Origin: Eledone cirrhosa
Taxonomy: Eukaryota
Assembly: GCA_964016885.1 (NCBI GenBank)
Contig: OZ024742.1
Coordinates: 32,426,001 to 32,490,000, forward strand
Direction: 5' to 3'
Length of the DNA stretch: 64,000 nucleotides
Shown here: positions 38,530 to 50,592 of the stretch, piece by piece
Position numbering within the stretch: position 1 is the stretch's first letter
Layout: each line of letters opens with the position of its first letter
Notes under the pieces: model-generated
What the model was told of the DNA's origin: nothing
Seen by the model: the letters and a program-made list of their open reading frames with translations, nothing else
Database searches by the model: none
Program-made: the position numbers and the translations under genes

Positions 38530-40380
38530 ACGCTGTGTGTAAGTGTATGGGTGTGTTTGCGTGAATGTATGTGTGTGTTTGTGTGAATGTATGTCTGTGT
38601 TTGTGAATGTATGTGTGTGTTTGTGTGAATGTATGTGTGTGTTTGTGTGAATGTATGTGTGTGTTTGTGTGAATGTATGTGTGTGTTTGTGTGAATGTAT
38701 GTGTGTGTTTGTGTGAATGTATGTGTGTGTTTGTGTGAATGTATGTGTGTGTTTGTGTGAATGTATGTATATGTTTGTGTGAATGTATGTCTGTGTTTGT
38801 GAATGTATGTCTGTGTTTGTGTGAATGTATCATCATCATCATCGTTTAACGTCTATCTTCCACACTAGCATGGGTTTAGACGGGAATTGTCCCACTTGAG
38901 GCAAGATTGGTTGTCTCGCTCGTATAGGACTGTCTGGCGGGTTTTCTACGGCTGGATGCCCTTCCCAACACCAACCACATTACAGCGTGGACTGTGTGTG
39001 TTTTTTGTCGTGACACCTACACGACCTCATAAATTTAGGACTGGATGTTGTGGTACCAACATAACTTTACATTGAAAGGGGTGGTGTAGATGGGAGTGGG
39101 GGTAGGGGGATGGGGTGTATTTTGGTTAAGAGGTGCCTACTGACTGTAGGTTTCGCTTTGTACTTAGGCAAGACGGGTCTTCTGTATTACTGCGTAGCGC
39201 CAAAGATCTCAGTCCAGTGCCATTGTCTTGGAGAGGTGTAAGTGTATAAGGTCGAAATTTATCAAGTCGTCCCAAGTTTTTCTGGGTCTGCCTACTCCGT
39301 AGCTACCATCTATTTTGATGTGATCTTCATGACCTGGTCAATTAATTTAATGCCTCTATAGTTTCCCCTATCTAGGGCATCTCCTTTACCCTTATAGCAG
39401 TTAATGATGATGATGATGCTACGACAGTCCTTTGGTATGACCCCATTCTGTATGACTTGGTTTACTATCCGGGTGACCATAGTGTGCCCCACCGCTCCAG
39501 ATGCTTTCAGCATTTCAGCAACTTTGTGTGTATGTATGTGTATGTTTGTGTGAATGTATGTGTGTGTTTGTGTGAATGTATGTGTGTGTTTGTGTGAATG
39601 TATGTGCGTGTTTGTGTGAATGTATGTGCGTGTTTGTGTGAATGTATGTGCGTGTTTGTGTGAATGTATGTGCGTGTTTGTGTGAATGTATGTGTGTGTT
39701 TGTGTGAATGTATGTGTGCTTGTGTGAATGTATGTGTGTGCTTGTGTGAATGTATGTGCGTGTTTGTGTGAATGTATGTGTGTGTTTGTGTGAATGTATG
39801 TGCGTGTTTGTGTGAATGTATGTGTGTGTTTGTGTGAATGTATGTGTGTGTTTGTGTGAATGTATGTGTGTTTGTGTGAATGTATGTGTATGTTTGTGTG
39901 AATGTATGTGTGTTTGTGTGAATGTATGTGCATGTTTGTGTTTGTGTGAATGTATGTGTTTGTGTGAATGTATATGAGTTTGTGTGAATGTGTGTGTTTG
40001 TGTGAATGTGTGTGTTTGTGTGAATGTATGTGCATGTTTGTGTGAATGTATGTGTGTGTGTGAATGTATGTGTGTGTTTGTGTGAATGTATGTGTGTGAA
40101 TGTATGTGTTTGTGTGAATGTATGTGTTTGTGTGAATGTATGTGCATGTTTGTGTGAACGTATGTGTGTGTGTGAATGTATGTGTTTGTGTGAATGTATG
40201 TGTGAGTTTGTGTGAATGTATGTGTTTGTGTGAATGTATGTGTGTGTTTGTGTGAATGTATGTGCATGTTTGTGTGAATGTATGTGTGTGTTTGTGTGAA
40301 TGTATGTGTTTGTGTGAATGTATGTGTGTGAATGTATGCGTTTGTGTGAATGTATGTGAGTTTGTGTGAATGTATGTCTG
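38530..40380. repeat. ~18-22-bp GT-rich minisatellite (tgtgtgaatgtatgtgtgtgtt), interrupted by an RTE at 38829-39523
   Basis: Visible periodicity; source of the His/Thr-rich spurious ORFs. Confidence 0.92.
38829..39523 (-). mobile_element. Internally deleted RTE copy inserted in a GT-rich minisatellite
   Basis: Tail, 3'UTR and ORF end are joined near 39320 to the pre-RT segment VAEMLKASG...NYRGIKLIDQVMK. Confidence 0.85.
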
Positions 40381-40640
40381 AGTATATTTTTGTGCGTCTG
40401 TGTTTGCACGCTTATATTTACATACCCATTCATATAAATGTATGCATATGCACATACACATACGCACACACATATACACATATACATCAGCATATGAAAA
40501 AGAATTCTAGTATAAAATAAATTTCTTCAACCCATAAATTAATCAGTAAACATTCTTACCATTTAGCCAAAGCCAATGTTACCATTCAGGCCACCTAGTC
40601 AGTAGATTATACAAATTTGTAAAAAACTGTGATTCATTAA

Positions 40641-40839
40641 CCCTTTAGCATTTACATTACTCTATATATACTATAGTATTTTCACAGTAAACATGATAAT
40701 ATCGAATCTACAAGATTTTGATATTACTTATTTTGAGAACAATACCTTAACATACGTATGAGTGGCTAGTTACAACCGGTTTGAACAGAAAGAGGTGAGA
40801 GAGTTCTGGTCGAATATGGCCGGTTTAAATGCTAAAGGG
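40641..40839. mobile_element. piggyBac-type MITE
   Basis: TIR CCCTTTAGCATTTA at both ends, flanked by TTAA and TTAC. Confidence 0.78.
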
Positions 40840-41184
40840 TTACTGTTCAGTTTATAATAATTTCATGTGACCAATAGATCAATCATTAAACATCTTTGCT
40901 GTGTAGTAGTGGAGAGGGCTGTATGGTGTTATGATCATAACATTGGTATGGGTCAGTGTGGAGTGTGTAGTAGAAAATGCAAGTTTTAGCCATTTTCTTA
41001 GTATGGTCAGAGAATGAAATGTCAAAAACTATGTTTGTCAGCTTACAAAACTGTAAGCTGAACTTTTTTTTTTTTGTGAGAATGGGGCACATAACTGTGA
41101 GAAGGGGGTGTATATTGTAGAACTAGCCTAAGGTGCTAAATACAAAGATGTCAGCCCTGTGTGGTGGGCAAGAGTGTTGTTTAC

Positions 41185-41314
41185 CGTTTATTTCTTGGCA
41201 TAATTTCTGCAATTGATGTAAGGGACACATGGTGCAGATCTGGTTCAACTGGAGTTTGTTCTGCTCATATGCTGATTTGAATGCTGATTTCACAGACATC
41301 ATAATTTCCTCAAC
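41185..41314 (-). CDS. TBC1D1: TBC1D1/4 exon (130 nt, phase 0/1): VEEIMMSVKSAFKSAYEQNKLQLNQICTMCPLHQLQKLCQEIN
   Basis: Acceptor gaacag and donor gtaaac; resembles TBC1D1 VDEIMMTLKQAF...CxxCPLxxLHKLCERIE. Confidence 0.93.
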
Positions 41315-42540
41315 CTGTTCAAACACAAATGAAAGAGATAAATATTAGCCTTCAGCTTACTTTTTTTTTTTTTTTTTTTTTTTTTTACATTTCTGATAGT
41401 TGATGATGATGATGATGATGCTATTTAGCCCAAGGTTGGTTCTGAATCAGTTTGGTTGACCGATGACAAGGAATGGCATTCCTACTACGACCATCACATA
41501 TTTTACTTAGGTATAGTGTACCCTGGACTATGATGATGATGATGTTTACCCTGGATAGGTTCTGATCCACAAGAAAGGAAAGAACTTTATAGCTGTTTCC
41601 TTCAATATATTTTCCATCATTCCTTGGAAAGCAATTTGAGTTAAATGAGGTTATGTAACATGAAAATCAGAGAAACCATACAATTCATTGCCTTAGGGAC
41701 AGTCAATAGACTAATGGAAAAGTGAATTTCATACTCGTTGATGATGTCATAGAAATGTGAAAAACTCCATTATTGATAAATGATTGAATAAAATTAGAAA
41801 AAAATAAATAGAAACACTATTGTACTTTCTTTATATGATATAGTTAGTTATTGGATATAGTTATAGTTAGTTATTTGACAGTAGTATGGCTATATTGATA
41901 ACTCTTTTGATATTAAACCTGCCTGAAACTATGCGTGATTCTATGATGAAAAAGCAAACTCATTTTAAAATGTTTTATATTTATTTAAAAACATTCTATA
42001 CTAATTTTATGTAAAAACCTTTAAGTTATGTTCGAAACACTAACTTAATATCAAGTTAGTTATTTTACTTAATTCTTCCAATTTCTTGGTTATTTTCAAA
42101 ATTATTTGAATGTCATAGGAAGTGTATGGCAATGAAAGGGTTAAGGGGTTTGCTTTGCAATCATGTGGTTTCAGGTCCTGTCCTATTACATGGTACCATG
42201 AGCAAGTGTTTTAAGTTTACCAATGCTTCATCAGTGAAATTTGATAGACGGAAACTGCAGAAGGCCATCATATATATATGAATTCCTGTGTTCAGGTTTG
42301 TGCTTCTGTTTGTGTCTGCATTTATGTCCTGTAACTTTGCAGGCCAAGAAAAATTAAATACAAGACTTTAAAAAATGAGCATTGGGGTAGATATAATTGA
42401 TTAAATCCCTTCAAGGTGGTTCCTCAGCATGGCTGTTGGCTAATGACTGAAGCCAGTAGACTAATAAAAGAATAATCGACAGACTGGTAAATAATAAAAA
42501 ATGATATGGAAATGTAGAAAAAGCCAAATGAGATACTTAC

Positions 42541-42633
42541 TACACTGTCAGAATGACATTTCAAGAGGTGACAAATCAAAACATTTCCTGGTTCCCGTGC
42601 AGTAAAACCAAAGATGTCTTGATTTTTGCAGCC
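42541..42633 (-). CDS. TBC1D1: TBC1D1/4 exon (93 nt, phase 0/0): GCKNQDIFGFTAREPGNVLICHLLKCHSDSV (PTB2)
   Basis: Acceptor ctctctag and donor gtaagt; FGF-x-x-RE...C-x-L-x-x-C pattern typical of the PTB C-terminal strands. Too short for the ORF track. Confidence 0.92.
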
Positions 42634-44387
42634 CTAGAGAGAAAAAAAAAAAGAAATTTGATGTATACTAAAAATTAACCCTTCTGATACCAAACCACCT
42701 GAAACCGTTCAATCTTTTTATTTTAATTTTATGTAAGAACCTTTGTTAAGTTATATTCCAAACACCAGTTTAATAATGAGAAAGTTAAGTATATCAATTT
42801 AAAGTTTTTATATTTATCTAAAAACATTCCACCATAATTTTATGTAAGAACCTTTATGTTATGCTTCATACACAAGCTTAACATGAAGGTTAGTTGTATT
42901 TCTAAACTACTCCATAAACTTGATTCTTTTCAAAATCATTTAAACATCATAACATCAGGTTGTTATCAGAACAATATTCAAATAAAAAGTATTTAATGTT
43001 GCTGCGTAAATAAGTTGCGTTGGTATCATACAAAACAATGCGCCCAGTAAACACTTTAAAGTGGTTATGTTAGGAAGGGCATCCAACCACAGAAACCATG
43101 CCAAATATGTAATGTATGATCAAGATGAGGTCGCTCCAAAATGTCTGCAACAACCTGTCCAACACATGCCAGTGTGGAAAGTGGACGTGAAATGAGGATG
43201 GTTAAATTTTTTTAATTCAATACCTGTATGTATAACTTTTCAATTCCAATTACTTGCACCAACTGACTTTGATATGTAAGATTGGGCGTTTCATGTGTAT
43301 TCTATTTTTTTTGTATATGGCCCCCACCCACCTGAAGTGCCCTGGGCCCTCCAAGGTCTAAATCCAGCTGTGGAATAGGGCATCTTAACCTGCTAAAAGT
43401 AGCAACCAAATCAACCAAACCAATATTGGATTTAATTCTTCCTCTATCACTGTTTCTCACTTTTTCTCATCTCTATCTTATTTCTGGAAGAAATAAGCAA
43501 TGTTCAGACCTAGAAAGTGATGGGCTCTGCCAGGTTTAAAATGCCCAAGACATGCTGAATAATGGTGATGATGATGGTTATGATGATGATGGACACATAT
43601 ATTAGTGATGACATATATAGTAAGTGATGATTAATATGGTGGTGAAGATAATGTTTATATTTTTGATGGTGATGATGATTAAGCTGATGATAATGATGAA
43701 GATAATTATGACAAGAACAACAGTATCTTTGTTGACATGTCTAGTGTGTGTGTGTGCGTTGCTATATCTAGTGTATGTGTGCGTTGTTATATCTAGTGTG
43801 TGTGTTGATATATCTAGTGTGTGTGTTGATATATCTAGTGTATGTGTGTATGGGTTGCATTAAAATATTTCTTAACAAGAAACTAACTGTTTTATCAAAT
43901 TTCATTTGATAAGGCAGAAATATGTAAATACATTGAATTGGCTGTCTATTTTAACATAACCATTTCAAAGTTATATAATTTATTTAGATAATCAGTGTTG
44001 GTTGATCCAAGCAATCGACCAACTATCGTGTAATCAAATGTAAGCACTCCTCATCTTGTGTACCATAAGGTATTATGAATATGGTATCAGATGGAGTATC
44101 AATATTAAGAAATGTCAACATCTCTTCGATGGCAGGCATATCAAAAACAGAAACAAAACTTTAGTTTTATTTACATTTAAACACTTATTTGCTGACAATG
44201 CATTGGAAAACGTGTATTATGACTTTGAAATGTATATAATGGGTATGGTGTAATGAATTAAACTGAAGTTGAATATGTGATACCATGTCTCTTATTTTTC
44301 TTTATTAAATGATGATGATATATCATCATCATCACCGTTTTACGTCGTTCTTCCATGCTAGCATGGGTTAGACGGTATATATATATA

Positions 44388-44980
44388 TATGAAAGACAAC
44401 AGCTGTATAAAAAAGTGCAGGGTGATCAAAATTGATGATAGTTACGGAGTAGGTGACCCAGAAAAACCTGGGGTGATCTGATAAATTCCGACCTTACACA
44501 CTTGCACCTCTCTAAGACAATGTCAATGGACCGAGATCTTTGGCGCTATGCAGTAATACAGAAGACCCGCCTTGCCTATGTACAAAGCGAAACCTACAGT
44601 CAGTAGGCACCACTTAACCAAATATACACCCCAATCCACTACCCTTACCCTATCCCACCAACACTACCCTCTCTCTGTAAAGTTGGTACCACAACATCCA
44701 GTCCAAATAAATGAGATAATGAGATCGAGATCGTGTAGGTGTTACGACATAAAAACACACAGTCCACGCTGTAATGTGGCCGTGTAGGTAACACAGTAAA
44801 AAGTTCCCAGTTCCACACTGTAAAGGTGGTTGATGTTAGGAAAGGCATCCAGCCGTAGAAAACCTGCCAGATAGACCTATATGAGCGAGACACGGTCACC
44901 CGACCAACCTTGTCTCAAGTGGGACAACTCCCGTCTAACCCATGCTAGCATGGAAGATGGATGTTAAACGAAGATGATGA
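44388..44980 (+). mobile_element. RTE 3' end (ORF terminus, 3'UTR, tail)
   Basis: Matches 58685-59263 by eye. Confidence 0.85.
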
Positions 44981-45032
44981 TATATATATAAGGAAACAAA
45001 GAATCAGTGTTGTATCATATACATATTTTATT

Positions 45033-45125
45033 ACATATTACATATGTTTCACTGTCGATCAGCTCAAGGAACAATCTATTAATGATCAGACCTGACTCTG
45101 GAATCGGAAGCTCCTCAGATATGTT
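45033..45125 (-). ncRNA. Putative minimal type I hammerhead ribozyme motif (Penelope/retrozyme-like)
   Basis: Minus strand: ACATAT-CTGAGGA-[long stem II, gct...agt]-GAAA-CATATG-TA-ATATGT. This gives a perfect 6-bp stem I, an intact core and a palindromic minimal stem III. Confidence 0.6.
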
Positions 45126-45585
45126 TTAACATTTAGACTTGTGTCTGAGTGTACACCTGGTATACACAGTCCCGACATCTGCAGTCGCAGTTATTTGCGA
45201 AATTTTCCTTAGAACCTAACTAATAATTGTTCTGGGAAACCACCACATATTCGCGGAATCGTAAATATCTTCCACAATTTTTTAATGGCTTTTTTCGTAG
45301 CAATATATATTTTTTTTAACGCTAAATTATTAATAACAATATACTGTATTTGCCGGCCTATTGGAGACCCATTCGCATAAGACAATCCCTCTTTTTTTTA
45401 TTATACTTTATGTTATATTTTGACGTTTATAGGCATTTTTACAGAAGACGTCCAATATTTACAGTTTTTCACTCTTTGTGGATGCTCTAGAAACGTAACC
45501 CTCATGAATACCGGGTAACAAAAAGGTTAAGAAAAAAATAATGCTTTTAATAAAAACAAAAACAATATAAAAAGAAGTTTCTTAC

Positions 45586-46263
45586 TTGAGAGACAAAAGA
45601 AATGTCTGAGAACTTCCGTTCAAGCATTAATCTCTTTTGGTCCAAATTGATGAGGGAAATCTCCTCTTTTCCGAGTCGGAACAACATAGTCCGATTTACA
45701 ATATCTGTAATAAGGTTCTGTGGTAAACCATCCTCATGGCTGCCTTCCTTGTCGGCATACGAAGTGTAAGCACTGCTCTTATGTGGCTCAATTTTCATTT
45801 CATGTGACGGCAATGGTTCTTCAATGTTCTCGACAGAGCTGCAGGGGGAGTCAATGGCAGCCCGGAACTCATTGCTTCCGCTGCCATGAGATCCATTGAA
45901 CTTGACATTGTGCAGCTGCTGCTGTTGGTGCTCAAGGTCATTCTCTGTGACAGTCACTGCATTGTCAAGTGACGCAGGAAGACTTCGTACACTGGCATCG
46001 CTGGCATGCCTCTGTCGGCTGTCCACATTGATTGTCCCCCCTTCATCATCAGTAGGGGGACACAGCCTGTGCATAAGTCTGTCTATGTCACTCGAGTTCA
46101 GCTTGCAGCTATCCACCTGTATCTTACCAAGATACATCACCTCACAGAATGCCTTTGCCGGCTCTGACGAGTCACTGACATCATGGAAAAACAGATTGCT
46201 GTCACTGACGTCATCTCGGTGCTCTTTTGTTGCCTTGCGTATTGAAGCAAAGAGCTCAGGGAT
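45586..46263 (-). CDS. TBC1D1: TBC1D1/TBC1D4-family Rab-GAP exon (678 nt, phase 0/0): IPELFASIRK...FCEVMYLGKIQV...RQRHAS...NRTMLFRLGKEEISLINLDQKRLMLERKFSDISFVSQ; N-terminal part of PTB2
   Basis: Acceptor ttttacag at 46264 and donor gtaag at 45585; open frame. YLG and NRTMLF...ERKFSDISFVSQ resemble the vertebrate TBC1D1/AS160 PTB2 segment as I recall it. TBC1D1 vs TBC1D4 cannot be distinguished; likely a single invertebrate co-ortholog. Confidence 0.92.
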
Positions 46264-49200
46264 CTGTAAAAGAAATAATAATAATAATAATGGTTTATGG
46301 TTTTGAGGCACAAGGTCAACAATTTTAGGAGAGGGGAAAGTCAATTAAATTGACCCTAGCGCATCCTGTAAGGATGAAAGACAAAGCTAACCTCGGCGAG
46401 ATCTGAACTCAGAACATAAAGGGCCTTAACTTTTACGTTCAATAATGTTCATTTATCAGCCACAAGGACCGAAAAAACTAGGGACAATATATGGATGAAA
46501 AAACTAGGGACAATATATGGATGAAAAAACTAGGGACAATATATGGATGAAAAAACAAAACACACACCTGAGGGTGGGGTTTACATCAAGTAAAAGAAGG
46601 GCAGGATATTATATTAGATGTAACAATAACAATAATTGTAATAGTTGTGATAACAATAATAAACAGTAACCAATGTCAACTAGGAAAAGTTTCCCAATAG
46701 GGGGACTGTACTTTAGGGTAATTCCAAGAAAAAACCCACACAAATCCCTGGATTACTCTGTTGTCTCACAGCTATTGAAAGTACCCTCTCCTGGTTTCTT
46801 TCATCCCTCTTAGAAAAGCATAGTCAGTTTAGGCCTGTTCAGCCTAATTAATCTTGTTACTTACTTATCATTCATAAAACACTAAAAGGTAGCACTTCCC
46901 TCTCTGCTCCCATCTTCCTCTCAAGTGGTACTGATGAGAGCTTGGCCAGAGAGGAAGATTTCTGTCCTCAAATATTTTATATATGCCCACCATATACGAA
47001 GGAGAGGAAGACTTGCCATACCTCCCTTCTAAAAGAAAGTGAAGGTTCAACTTTTGCTATAGACTCAGCTGATAACCAGATCTGTTCTAGAATAATGATA
47101 GAAATAGAAATGACCTGAATGTGGGTGATGAAAACAGAAACAACCCCTATAATAATAGATGCTCTGGATAAGAAAAAATACAGTCAGGTGCATAAATAAA
47201 ATTTCAGGAATTATAAATTTCTGTGGTTCTGTCACAACACGTAAAGAGAGAGGAGTAGTTTGACTACCTCATACTATTCCTCCCTCTTTATGCCTGCTGC
47301 CTTCGTGAATGTATGTGTGTGCATAAGGAAGAAAGGGGATGGTGAAAAAACTTCACAGTGTATCTGTATGTATGTATTTGTGTGAATGTATGTCTGTGAG
47401 TGTGTATTTTTGTAAGTGTGTCTGTGTTCGTGTGTTTATATTTATATCATCATCATCATCACCATTTTACGTCCGTTCTTCCACGCTAGTATGGGTTAGA
47501 CGGGTTGTCCTGTTGTGGGCAGTGTCCGGTCGGCTGACCATGTCTTGCTCATATAAGAACTGATTCTGGGTTGATTTCTACAGCTGGATGCCCTTCCTAA
47601 CACCAACCTCATTTACAGTGAGTGCTGGGTGCTTTTTTCCGTGGCGCCTACACGTCCACTTTATAGTGTGGGGTGGGTGCTTTTTTACCGTGGCACCTCC
47701 ACGGCCACTTTCAGGACCCTGACGGCTGAGCTCTGGCTGTTTCAACAGCTAGATCCGACAGCGTTTGGATCTAGCTGTCGAACGGCTGGAGCTCAGCCAT
47801 CAGAGTCCTGATTCTTTTCCTATTACTCACTCTACTACCCCAAATATGGGTTATGGTCTAGCTAGTTTTTATCACCCCCTATCTGATGTACTCATACATA
47901 TAAATGTATGCATATGCACACACATGCGTCAGTGTATGGACAAAATTCTAGTATATAGAAACTATAGACAATAGCATTACTAGGCACCGAATAAATACTA
48001 CAATTACTTTCAATACAATAGAAAGAACACCAAAAACCACCCAACACATACCAAAGACACAGAGCTGTGTTAGTAGTGCAATGCCAGAGCACCATGAAAA
48101 TGATAGAGATAATAATGGTTTCTCATTTAGTCACAAAGCTAACAATTTGAGAGGGAGAGGAAGTTGATTAAATCGACCCCAGTACGTTACTGGTGCTTTA
48201 TTTTATTCACCCCGTAAGGATGAAAGGCAAACCTAACCTCGGCAGGATTTGAACTCAGAGCGTAAAGGGCCGTAACTCTATGTCGCAAAGCATATTATCC
48301 GATGCTCTACCAACTCTGCCAATCCACTGTCCTAATGATCGTGACAATAATAATAATGGTTTCTATTTTAGGCATAAGATCAACAACAACTGAGGAATGT
48401 ATGGCAATTTATACCAGAATATTACTGGTACTTATTTTATCAACTTTGGAAGAATGACAAAAAGTATTAAGTCAACATTGGCATAACTAAATAATTGTTT
48501 CTACTTTTGGCACAAGGCCAGCAATTACCCAGTACATTACTGGTACTTTATTTTATCGACCCCGTAAGGATGAAAGGCAAAGTTGACCTATGTGAAACAG
48601 TTTGTCTGTTACTCAACTGTTTTCATCATGCAATGTCTTTCATAAGAAATATGGTTACAAAAGGGTTAAAATGTTAATATTTATCTAAAAAAATTTCCAT
48701 CATAATTTTATTTAAAAACATTTAAATTATGTTCCAAACACCAGATAAATAATAAAAAATAGTTATATTACAAAAAACCTCCAAATTCTCTATTTTCAAA
48801 ATTAATTGAAAATCATGGACAGTGTATTTCATTAGAAATATGGTAATGGATGAGGTAAAATGTTTATATTTATCTAAAAACTTTCCATCATAATTATATA
48901 TAACCTTTAAGCTATGATCTAAATACCAACTTAATAACGAGAAAGTTAAGTTTACTAAATCCTTCCAAGTCTTTGATTTTTTTTCAGAATTAATTGAAAA
49001 TCACAGGCAGTATATTTTGTTAGAAATATGGTAACAAGGATTAAAAGTTTATTACAGACTACAGTCAAATCTCCCTCAAATCACATCTCACAGATGCATG
49101 TTGAGGGAGATTTGGCTTTTATTTCAAAGAACTGTGTAGTGACTCCCTTATTGGTTACAGTTAGCTTTTGTAGAACTGGTGAATTGAGTCAACTGAATTT

Positions 49201-50592
49201 TGATCCCAGAATATGTTGTTGCCCAACCCTAGACCAACCCTGATGAAGCAAAAATGTTTGAAGGCATTCCAGTCAGTCATTTTGGAGATATATCATCATC
49301 ATCGTTTAACATCCATTTTCCACACTTAGCATGGGTTAGACAGGTTGACAGTATGGGTTAGACAGGTTTAGATGGTTGAGGCAAGTTGGGTCAGATGACT
49401 GTGTCTTACTCATATAGAACTGTTTCTGGCTAGGTTTCTATGGCTGGATGCCCTTCCTAACGCCAACCACATTTACAGGGTGTGCTGGGTGCTTTTTGTC
49501 GTGACTCCTACATGACCACTTTACCGTTTGAGCTGGGTGCTTTTTGTTGTGACACCTACACCTATATATATATATATATATGTATATATATCATCATCAT
49601 CATCATCGTTTAACGTCCATCTTCCACGCTTGCATGGGTTTGGACGGGAATTTTCCCATTTGAGGCAAGATTGGTTGTCTTGCTCGTATAGGACTATCTG
49701 GCGGGTTTACTATGGCTGGATGCCCTTCCTAACACCAACCACATTTACAGTGTGGACTGGGAGGTTTTTACCGTGTTACCTACACAGCCACATTACAATA
49801 TACACATATATATATATATATATATACCTAGGACTACATATTCAAATTCGCTTGACTGTAAGGGGTTGCTGCTGTTATTAGCACTCAGCTTTCTTACAGC
49901 ATTTGACTGAAGATTGTAACTTTTCAAGCCACACAAACCTTACCACCATGTACAACTTCCTCCACATCACACAACAGAATTTACTATCAGTAAGTTAATA
50001 CATTACATTAAAAGAGAGCTGAGGGTGATATTTAGCACTAGAAAGTCTTTCAGTAAAGGCAATTATCAATATTGCAGATGACTATTCAAATTCAAACCCA
50101 GTGGGGGGAAAAACAAATAAAAATAAAAGTTAAAAACATGAAAACGTTGCTGTGGCAAGGAATTTGATAAGGTAAAAAAACAATAAATCTGAATCATCAG
50201 AGCAGCAATGAGAGTAGAAATAAAATCTGGCAGCAATCATCATAAACAATTATGAAGATATGGTCTTATACAGAACAAGATAGAGGAATGAATATTTTAT
50301 TCTAATTATTAATAAGAAAATGAATAAATAAACCTCTTGCTTAAATAGAAATAATCCAACTTAAGTGGAATAGCAGAAAGAAGATGTACCACACAAGAGC
50401 AGACTTATTGCAAATAACATTCCGATAGAAAATAACAGCAATAACCATTTAAGAAACAATATAACATACACTGATTAATATATATATCTTACGTTAATTA
50501 TTTTCCATTTTGACGTTATAGTCACTTATATATTATGAAATACTGTTGGCTTCTTACTCACATTAATTTCTCTATTTTCATTTATATATATA

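Noticed and set aside
39310-40493. 250-389 aa His/Thr-rich ORFs
   Set aside because: Translation of a GT-rich minisatellite that is open in all three frames, fused to an RTE fragment.
45896-46306. Plus-strand 136-aa ORF
   Set aside because: Antisense shadow of the real coding exon.
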